A model generated the notes under the pieces. The model was given only the letters and a program-made list of their open reading frames with translations, did not search any database and was not told where the DNA came from. The position numbers and the translations under genes are program-made. This document shows, piece by piece, positions 8,647 to 14,648 of a stretch of DNA of 32,000 nucleotides. The stretch is from Candidatus Saccharimonadota bacterium (GTDB taxonomy: Bacteria; Patescibacteriota; Saccharimonadia; Saccharimonadales; UBA4665), in assembly GCA_963716945.1 (NCBI GenBank), contig OY970322.1:1-32000 (forward strand). Reading direction: 5' to 3'. Position 1 is the stretch's first letter, and each line of letters opens with the position of its first letter.

Positions 8647-8652
8647 AGTATA
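8647..8652 (-). promoter_or_regulatory. -10 hexamer TATACT, 6 nt before the response-regulator ATG (leaderless operon start)
   Basis: The minus strand reads CCAGTATACTTTGATTATGAGAATA. Confidence 0.5.
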
Positions 8653-8693
8653 CTGGCTTGATTCTTAAAAGTACCTGAAATCCTGACCTCAGG

Positions 8694-8722
8694 CAAAAAA
8701 ATACCGCTGTCGGTAGCGGTTA
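8694..8722 (-). terminator. rho-independent terminator
   Basis: Minus-strand RNA ACCGCU-ACCGAC-AGCGGU (6-bp stem, 4 G:C) followed by A and a run of 7 U. It starts 6 nt after the stop of the small ORF 8727..8819. Confidence 0.6.
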
Positions 8723-8726
8723 TCGG

Positions 8727-8819
8727 TTACTTCTTGAGCTTGGGCTGCGGCTTCACCACGGTAGTGTGCTGGGCCAGCGTGTGGAGGTTGTTAAGCATCT
8801 GTTCAATAGTCATAAACAT
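8727..8819 (-). CDS. candidate small ORF (30 aa, MFMTIEQMLNNLHTLAQHTTVVKPQPKLKK)
   Basis: Below the track length cut-off. GC-rich third positions across the 3' two-thirds, and the clearest intrinsic terminator in the window follows it immediately. No SD and no recognised family. Confidence 0.3.
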   Translation of the reverse strand: MFMTIEQMLNNLHTLAQHTTVVKPQPKLKK

Positions 8820-8908
8820 ACCTGTTTGTTTTTAAAGTGTTGTAAGGTGTTCTTCTTCATTGACTCAGACAGAATAAGCTTATGATTCAATCAGGTCTGT
8901 AAGAAATT

Positions 8909-9454
8909 TTACACATTAGGCGGCAGCAGCTTGGTGTTGCCCAAATATTTAGCGTGCAAAAGGGCCTGTTCCAGGGCGCGGATAACCTGTTCGGCCTGCT
9001 TATGGCTCATGCCGACGCGGGCTACCGGGGCCTGCTGCGACGGATTGACGGTTTGGGTGAAATTCATGGTAACGCCGGCCGGGTTGACGGTCACTTCCAG
9101 GCCGTCGCTGTACATCGTACGTACGTCTACGGCCAGCAGCATAACCATCGGCTTGCCGCCCAGCTGCTGGGCTATGTCAGGGTCCAGCCGGGGCCTGATG
9201 ACTTCCGGGATATCGCTGTCATACTCGGCCAGCTCCCAGAGCTGCACGGCTTCGCGGTCTTGTACGCCGAAATGGCTGATCAGCAGCATCAGGATATCTT
9301 CGCTAGGCCGTTCCAAGCCGGCCTCGATGCGTACCAGTTGCTGCTCCTCGATCTCTACGGCATCCGAAACCTCGGCCAAGCTTTGCTTGGACTGCTCGCG
9401 CACGTATTTGAGGTGGCTGCCCAGAGTGATATACGGGGCGTTGGGTTCACGCAT
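8909..9454 (-). CDS. XRE-family HTH transcriptional regulator with an uncharacterised ~120-aa C-terminal domain
   Basis: HTH segment LGSHLKYVREQSKQSLAEVSDAVEIEEQQLVRIEAGLERPSEDILMLLISHFGV. I take ATG 9454 (MREPN...) as the start because TATTAT lies 6 nt upstream; the track start at 9490 would lie upstream of that -10. Confidence 0.8.
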   Translation of the reverse strand: MREPNAPYITLGSHLKYVREQSKQSLAEVSDAVEIEEQQLVRIEAGLERPSEDILMLLISHFGVQDREAVQLWELAEYDSDIPEVIRPRLDPDIAQQLGGKPMVMLLAVDVRTMYSDGLEVTVNPAGVTMNFTQTVNPSQQAPVARVGMSHKQAEQVIRALEQALLHAKYLGNTKLLPPNV

Positions 9455-9460
9455 ACACCT

Positions 9461-9466
9461 ATAATA
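9461..9466 (-). promoter_or_regulatory. -10 hexamer TATTAT for the XRE regulator (leaderless)
   Basis: The minus strand reads GCTTATTATAGGTGTATGCGTGAA. Confidence 0.5.
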
Positions 9467-9508
9467 AGCCCTGCGGCCAAGCGAACGCAAGTTAGCGGAG
9501 GGCTGCTA

Positions 9509-9514
9509 TATAAT
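9509..9514 (+). promoter_or_regulatory. -10 hexamer TATAAT for murB (leaderless)
   Basis: CTATATAATGATTGTAATGAAT. The hexamer is 7 nt before ATG 9522 and overlaps the earlier in-frame ATG 9513, which therefore cannot be the start if this promoter is used. Confidence 0.5.
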
Positions 9515-9521
9515 GATTGTA

Positions 9522-10550
9522 ATGAATATCTTGCAGAACGTCAGCCTGGCCGCTTACTCGACAATGGGCTTGGGCGGGCCGGCGGCTTACCTGGTCGAGG
9601 TATCCAACCGCAACGAAGTGGCCGAGGCCTTAAGCTGGGCCGGCGAACGGCGGCTGCCGGCCGTTATAATCGGCGAGGGCAGCAATATTATCTGGGGCGA
9701 TGCCGGTTATCCGGGCCTGGTGCTGGTGGATAAAATCCGCGGCTACGAAGTTTTCGAAGAGGACGAAACCAATGTTTACCTGACCCTGGGCAGCGGCGAG
9801 CCCTGGGACGCTGCCGTGGCCCGCAGCGTCGAGGCCGGTCTGACCGGTATCGAAGCGTTGAGCTTAATTCCGGGTACGGCCGGCGCTACCCCCGTCCAGA
9901 ACGTCGGCGCTTACGGCCAGGAAATTTCCCAGACTTTAACCACCGTCGAGCTTTTCGACAGCCAGACCGGCAGCTTCATGACTATGCCCGGCAGCGACTG
10001 CGGCTTCGGCTACCGCACCAGCCGGTTTAAGACTACCGACCGCGGCCGGTTTTATATCACCTCGCTGGTCCTGCACCTGACCAAGGGCAATCCGCTGCCG
10101 CCGTTCTATGGCGCGGTGCAGGATTATTTTCAAGAAAATGGCGTCACGGATTACACGCCGGCCGCCTTGCGCCAGGCCGTTATAGCTATCCGGGCGGCCA
10201 AGCTGCCGGATCCGGCTTTGGTCCGTAACACCGGCTCATTTTTTGCCAATCCGGTAGTTAGCGAGGAGCAGTTGGAATATTTGCGCGGCCGGTTTGAAGC
10301 TTTGCCGTATTGGCCGGTCGATAGCGGCGGCGCCAAATTGCCGGCCGCCTGGCTGATCGAACAAGCCGGTTTCAAAGATTATCATGACGCCGCGACCGGT
10401 ATGGCGACCTGGCCCCGGCAAGCCCTGGTGCTAGTCAACGAACATGCCAAGACCACGGCCGACCTGATGGCTTTCAAGCAGAAAATCGTCGATGCCGTAC
10501 AGGCCAAATTCGGAGTTAGCCTGCAGCAGGAGCCCGAACTGATAGCCTAA
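9522..10550 (+). CDS. murB: UDP-N-acetylenolpyruvoylglucosamine reductase
   Basis: Colinear with E. coli-type MurB: IIGEGSNI, LSLIPGTAGATPVQNVGAYGQE, CGFGYRTSRFK, KLPDP...GSFFANPVV, AAWLIEQAGFK, ALVLVN. Confidence 0.92.
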   Translation: MNILQNVSLAAYSTMGLGGPAAYLVEVSNRNEVAEALSWAGERRLPAVIIGEGSNIIWGDAGYPGLVLVDKIRGYEVFEEDETNVYLTLGSGEPWDAAVARSVEAGLTGIEALSLIPGTAGATPVQNVGAYGQEISQTLTTVELFDSQTGSFMTMPGSDCGFGYRTSRFKTTDRGRFYITSLVLHLTKGNPLPPFYGAVQDYFQENGVTDYTPAALRQAVIAIRAAKLPDPALVRNTGSFFANPVVSEEQLEYLRGRFEALPYWPVDSGGAKLPAAWLIEQAGFKDYHDAATGMATWPRQALVLVNEHAKTTADLMAFKQKIVDAVQAKFGVSLQQEPELIA

Positions 10551-10553
10551 CGC

Positions 10554-11822
10554 CTAGCCGGCGCCGGGCAGCGGGAACTTCTTGGTAAAATCGAGAATTT
10601 CAGCGTGGACGGCGGCCAGCTTGGCTTCGTCCTTCTGGCCGGTAATGGCCCGGTCTATCCAGTCGGCGACCTGTTCCATCTCGGATTCTTTCATACCGCG
10701 GGTAGTCAGGGCCGGCGTTCCCAGGCGGATACCGCTCGGGTCGAACGGCGAACGCGGATCGAACGGCACGGTGTTCTTATTGACGGTTATACCGGCTTTG
10801 CCGAGCGCCCTTTCGGCTTCGGCGCCGCTGATTTGCTTGTTGGTCAAATCTACCAGCAGCAGATGGTTGTCGGTGCCGCCGGTAACCAATTGGTAGTCCT
10901 TGGCGCTTAGTTTGGCGGCCAGGACTTTGGCATTCTTGACAATTTGTTGGCCGTAAGCCTTAAACTCCGGCGTGGCGGCTTCCCGCAAGGCGACGGCAAT
11001 GGCCGCAGTCTGGTGGTTGTGCGGACCGCCTTGCAGGCCCGGTATGATGGCCCGGTCGATGAGCGTCGGCAGGTTCTCGCGGGTCCGTTCGGCTTTCTTA
11101 AGCGGGTTCGACGGGTTGCCGTTACAGAGGATGATCGCGCCGCGCGGACCGCGCAGCGTCTTGTGCGTGGTCGTCATCATGACATCCGCGATACCGACCG
11201 GTGACGGGTGTTCACCGGCGACGATCAGGCCGGTGATGTGCGAGGTGTCGGCAATCAGCCAGGCGTTGGACAGATCGGCGATTTCGCGCAGCTTCTGCCA
11301 GTCAAAAATCCGCGGGTAAGCCGTCGCGCCGACGAATATCAACTTGGGTTTCTCGGCTTCGACCTGAGCGGCCATGGCTTCGTAATCCAGGTAGCCGTCC
11401 TTGCCGGTCTGATATTGGACGGCGTCGTAGTAAGTGCCTGAGAAGTTGACTTTTAGCCCGTGGGTCATATGGCCGCCGAAGTACAGCGCCATACCCATGA
11501 CCTTGTCGCCCGGATCGACCAGGGCGAAATAAATGGCCTGGTTAGCCGGCGACCCGGAGTAGGGCTGGACGTTGGCATGGTCGACGCCGAACAGCGCTTT
11601 GGCCCGGTCGCGGGCCAGGTTTTCGACCTGGTCGACGACTTCGCAGCCGCCGTAGTAACGCATGCCCGGGTAGCCTTCGGAATACTTGTCGGTCAGTCTT
11701 GACCCCAGTGCCGACAGCACGGCCGGTGAGGTGTGGTTTTCGCTGGGGATCATCTCCAGGCCTTCGGTTTGTCTCTTGGTCTCAGCGGCAATCAGGGCCG
11801 TGATCTCTTCATCAATCATCAT
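10554..11822 (-). CDS. glyA: serine hydroxymethyltransferase
   Basis: 422 aa. PLP-lysine motif TTTHKTLRGPRGA, plus SENHTSPAV and YGGCEVVD. SD AAGGGAG lies upstream. Confidence 0.97.
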   Translation of the reverse strand: MMIDEEITALIAAETKRQTEGLEMIPSENHTSPAVLSALGSRLTDKYSEGYPGMRYYGGCEVVDQVENLARDRAKALFGVDHANVQPYSGSPANQAIYFALVDPGDKVMGMALYFGGHMTHGLKVNFSGTYYDAVQYQTGKDGYLDYEAMAAQVEAEKPKLIFVGATAYPRIFDWQKLREIADLSNAWLIADTSHITGLIVAGEHPSPVGIADVMMTTTHKTLRGPRGAIILCNGNPSNPLKKAERTRENLPTLIDRAIIPGLQGGPHNHQTAAIAVALREAATPEFKAYGQQIVKNAKVLAAKLSAKDYQLVTGGTDNHLLLVDLTNKQISGAEAERALGKAGITVNKNTVPFDPRSPFDPSGIRLGTPALTTRGMKESEMEQVADWIDRAITGQKDEAKLAAVHAEILDFTKKFPLPGAG

Positions 11823-11876
11823 AAATTCTCCCTTAAAGTTTTTGAAATGGTCGAGAAGAGTAGCTAGATCATGGCT

Positions 11877-12425
11877 TTATTGTATCAGGTTGCTTTGGAT
11901 GATTTGCAGGAATTCGCTCCTGGTCGAGGCATTGGCTTTGAACGAACCTTTCAGGCAGGAAGTCGTGGTTTGAGCGCCGGGCTTTTCGACGCCGCGCATC
12001 TCCATGCACAGGTGGCGAGCCGTCAATACCACGCCGATGCCTTTGGGCTGGAGCTTCTCTTCTAGGAATTCGGCCACTTGGGTGGTGATGCGTTCCTGGG
12101 TCTGCAGGCGGTGGCTGAAATGGCTGAGGGTGCGAGTCAGCTTGGACAGGCCGACGATTTTTTTGTCCGGGATATAAGCCACGGCGCCGTAACCGAAGAA
12201 GGGCAGCAGGTGGTGTTCGCACAGGCTGTAGAACGCGATATTGGTCTGGATAACCATTTCGTCGTAGCCCTCGTTCTCGAAAACCGTCAGGTTGAACGGC
12301 CGGTCCTCGAAAAATTCCTTGATAAACTTCTGGTAGCGCGCCGGCGTGTCGCGCAAGCCCTCTCGGCGGGGCTCTTTATCCATGAATTCCAAAAGTTCGG
12401 TAACTAAATCAGCGGGTTCAGACAT
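11877..12425 (-). CDS. folE: GTP cyclohydrolase I
   Basis: 182 aa. Motifs SLCEHHLLPFFG, LSKL and HRLQTQERIT. SD GAGG lies 8 nt upstream. Confidence 0.95.
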   Translation of the reverse strand: MSEPADLVTELLEFMDKEPRREGLRDTPARYQKFIKEFFEDRPFNLTVFENEGYDEMVIQTNIAFYSLCEHHLLPFFGYGAVAYIPDKKIVGLSKLTRTLSHFSHRLQTQERITTQVAEFLEEKLQPKGIGVVLTARHLCMEMRGVEKPGAQTTTSCLKGSFKANASTRSEFLQIIQSNLIQ

Positions 12426-12451
12426 CCGCGCAACCTCTATTTAACTTTATC

Positions 12452-12470
12452 TGCTTTATATTATAAAGCA
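12452..12470. promoter_or_regulatory. perfect 9-bp palindrome (TGCTTTATA-T-TATAAAGCA) containing the probable folE -10
   Basis: The minus strand reads TGCTTTATAATATAAAGCA, placing TATAAT 34 nt before the folE ATG. The plus strand offers TATATT/TATTAT pointing toward murA. Confidence 0.45.
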
Positions 12471-12478
12471 TTGCTGGC

Positions 12479-12581
12479 GATTAGCCGGCATAGGGGCCTG
12501 AAAACGTAATCCCGTCGGGCTTTGCCTGCGGCTCGCACCGACTCTGCGCTTAACGTTTTCAGGCCCCTATGCCAGCTAATC
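12479..12581. repeat. 103-nt inverted-repeat element: 29-nt arms (28/29 complementary) around a 45-nt spacer
   Basis: Left arm GATTAGCCGGCATAGGGGCCTGAAAACGT (12479-12507). The reverse complement of the right arm (12553-12581) is GATTAGCTGGCATAGGGGCCTGAAAACGT. The spacer has its own GTCGG...CCGAC stem. Confidence 0.85.
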
Positions 12582-12595
12582 ACGTAAAACACCTA

Positions 12596-12625
12596 TTGCA
12601 AGTTCAACACCACATATGGTATGTT
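12596..12625 (+). promoter_or_regulatory. sigma70-like promoter for HTH-murA (TTGCAA, 18 nt, TGgTATGTT)
   Basis: -35 at 12596-12601 and an extended -10 at 12620-12625. The -10 overlaps the ATG at 12621 and lies 10 nt before the ATG at 12636. Confidence 0.4.
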
Positions 12626-12635
12626 ATTTGGACGT

Positions 12636-14156
12636 ATGCCCTCGACTAACGAGAAAATCGGTCAATTAATTGCCCAGGTACGACAAGAAAAAGGCCTCAC
12701 GCAAGCTGAATTCGCCCGTCGTATGAATACCTCGCAATCCGCCGTCAACCGCATGGAGCACGGCCGCCAGAACCTCAGCCTGGAAACGCTCGGCCGCATC
12801 AGCGACGTCCTCAACAAGCAGCTGCTCAGCCTCAACCAGGGCGCTATCAACCTGCATATCGAAGGCGGCCACGAACTGAAAGGCGAAATCGCCCTCAAAA
12901 CCAGCAAGAACGCCGCCGTCGCCCTGCTCTGCGCCAGCCTGCTCAACCACGGCGTGACCCGGTTTAAATCTTTTCCGCGTATTGAAGAAGTTTACCGCAT
13001 TATCGAAGTCCTGGAGAGTATCGGCGTGCAGGTAAAATGGCTGCCCGGCAACGACTTGGAGATCCGCCGGCCCGAAAAACTGCAGCTCGACAAACTCGAC
13101 GCCACGGCCGCCCGCAAAACCCGCAGCGTCCTGATGCTGATCGGCCCGTTGATGCACGAGTACAAAGAGTTTAATATCCCTTACGCCGGCGGCTGCAAGC
13201 TCGGCACCAGGACGGTCGAGCCGCACCTCTTCGCGCTCGAAGAGTTCGGTGTCAGCATCGTTGCCAAAAGCGGCCACTACCGCATCAAAGCCGAAGCCAA
13301 AGACCCCGGCGAAATCGTCCTCTACGAATCCGGCAACACGGTTACCAACAATGCCCTGATGGCAGCTGCCGGCACGGCCGCCAAAACCGAAATCCAAGCT
13401 GCCAGCGGCGACTACATGGTTCAGGATTTGTCTAACTTCCTGCGCAAATTAGGCGTCCAGGTCGATGGCGTCGGCACGCCTTTCCTGACCGTCCAAGGCG
13501 CTGAATACATCAAGAAGAACGTTACGTTCGCCCCCAGCGAAGACCCGATCGAGGCCATGTTCTTCATCTCGGCCGCCGTCACGACCAATTCCAAGATTAC
13601 TATCCGGCGCGTGCCTTACAAATGGATCGGCTTGGAGCTGCTCAAGCTCAAAAAGATGGGCCTCAAGCTGCGCCAGGGCAAATCGTATAAAGCCGTCAAC
13701 GGCATAACCGACCTGGCCGACATCACCGTCGAGAAGCACAACGGCAACCTGAAGGCCCTGCCTGAGAAGCTGCACCCTAACCTCTTCCCCGGCCTAAACC
13801 CGGACAACCTGCCCTACTTCGTGCCGATTGCCGCCGTCTGCCACGGCCGGACGCTGATCCATGACTGGATGTACGAAAACCGGGCCCTGTACTACACCGA
13901 GATGAGCAAGGTCGGCGTCCAGGTCGAGCTGGCCGACCCGCACCGTATCTATATCACCGGCCCGACCAGGTTCCTGGTGGCCGATGTCGTTTGCCCGCCG
14001 GCTTTGCGTCCGGCCAGCCTGCTGCTGATCGGCATGTTGGCGGCCCATGGCAATTCCATCCTGCGCAATGTCTACACCATCAACCGCGGCTACGAAGACA
14101 TCGCCGAGCGCCTGAACAGCCTCGGCGCCCGCATCAACGTCCTGCACGAAATCTAA
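12636..14156 (+). CDS. murA: UDP-N-acetylglucosamine 1-carboxyvinyltransferase with an N-terminal XRE-type HTH domain
   Basis: The first ~65 aa are a complete HTH (IGQLIAQVRQEKGLTQAEFARRMNTSQSAVNRMEHGRQNLSLETLGRISDVL). The remainder is colinear with MurA: KNAAVALLCASLL, the catalytic Cys in YAGGCKLGTRTVEPH, and a RGYEDIAERLNSLGARI tail. The alternative start is 12621. Confidence 0.9.
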   Translation: MPSTNEKIGQLIAQVRQEKGLTQAEFARRMNTSQSAVNRMEHGRQNLSLETLGRISDVLNKQLLSLNQGAINLHIEGGHELKGEIALKTSKNAAVALLCASLLNHGVTRFKSFPRIEEVYRIIEVLESIGVQVKWLPGNDLEIRRPEKLQLDKLDATAARKTRSVLMLIGPLMHEYKEFNIPYAGGCKLGTRTVEPHLFALEEFGVSIVAKSGHYRIKAEAKDPGEIVLYESGNTVTNNALMAAAGTAAKTEIQAASGDYMVQDLSNFLRKLGVQVDGVGTPFLTVQGAEYIKKNVTFAPSEDPIEAMFFISAAVTTNSKITIRRVPYKWIGLELLKLKKMGLKLRQGKSYKAVNGITDLADITVEKHNGNLKALPEKLHPNLFPGLNPDNLPYFVPIAAVCHGRTLIHDWMYENRALYYTEMSKVGVQVELADPHRIYITGPTRFLVADVVCPPALRPASLLLIGMLAAHGNSILRNVYTINRGYEDIAERLNSLGARINVLHEI

Positions 14157-14188
14157 AGCCGGCAGATACCGTTTAAGTCGTAAATTGT

Positions 14189-14206
14189 GCTATAATCACC
14201 TCTGTT
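14189..14206 (+). promoter_or_regulatory. tRNA promoter module GCTATAATCACCTCTGTT (tRNA-Gly)
   Basis: Identical 18-mer to 21737-21754. TATAAT at 14191-14196 is preceded by TGC (extended -10). The mature tRNA 5' end lies 46 nt downstream. Confidence 0.55.
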
Positions 14207-14242
14207 GCGGCCAAAGCCGGTCCCGGGCCGGCGGTAGTATTA

Positions 14243-14317
14243 GCGGGTGTCGTATAGCGGTTATTATCCTAGTTTTCCAAACTAGTGACGGGAGTTCGAC
14301 TCTCCCCACCCGCACCA
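14243..14317 (+). tRNA. tRNA-Gly (anticodon UCC), CCA encoded
   Basis: Acceptor GCGGGTG/CACCCGC. Anticodon arm CTAGT-TTTCCAA-ACTAG. T arm GGGAG-TTCGACT-CTCCC. A73 then CCA. The D stem is weak. Confidence 0.88.
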
Positions 14318-14330
14318 ATTATCCAGTGTT

Positions 14331-14648
14331 TTAGTCGGCCGGCGGCGCTTGCAGGTTGAGTGACAGCCGGGCCGTATCGCCGGCTTCGGCCAGGCCGGTT
14401 TGCAAATTAGAACCCGGGGCCGGGCTGCCAAGCGTAACCCGGGCCAGGCCGTCGGGCTCGGGCCTGATATGCAGGACTTGAGTCACCAGACCTCTCGAAA
14501 TAAGGCTTTCGGAACTGACACCGTTACCGTTATAGCCGCCCAGTATGACGGCCGACAAAGCCAGCAACGCTACGGCAACCATAGCGACCGGGGCCGCGTG
14601 TCTGTGCAGGCGCTTGGCTTGCGGCGGGCGGCTCACTTCCACTGCCAT
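14331..14648 (-). CDS. small single-pass membrane protein, hypothetical
   Basis: 105-aa ORF with TM helix VAMVAVALLALSAVILGG and coding-like GC3. Its start overlaps the end of the upstream gene by 16 nt; an internal ATG (M23) is an alternative start. Confidence 0.5.
   Translation of the reverse strand: MAVEVSRPPQAKRLHRHAAPVAMVAVALLALSAVILGGYNGNGVSSESLISRGLVTQVLHIRPEPDGLARVTLGSPAPGSNLQTGLAEAGDTARLSLNLQAPPAD

Noticed and set aside
8909-9454. RRNPP-type (Rgg/PlcR/ComR-like) quorum-sensing receptor paired with the downstream small ORF.
   Set aside because: The regulator is only ~181 aa. Its C-terminal region looks beta-rich rather than TPR-like. The peptide lacks a hydrophobic or export-type N-terminus. 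I kept this only as a weak analogy in the small-ORF finding.
11823-12451. Possible riboswitch leaders for glyA or folE (THF, glycine or preQ1-type).
   Set aside because: The glyA leader space is 54 nt and the folE leader ~34 nt, each with an SD close to the start. Both are too short for any known aptamer, and no conserved riboswitch core was recognisable.
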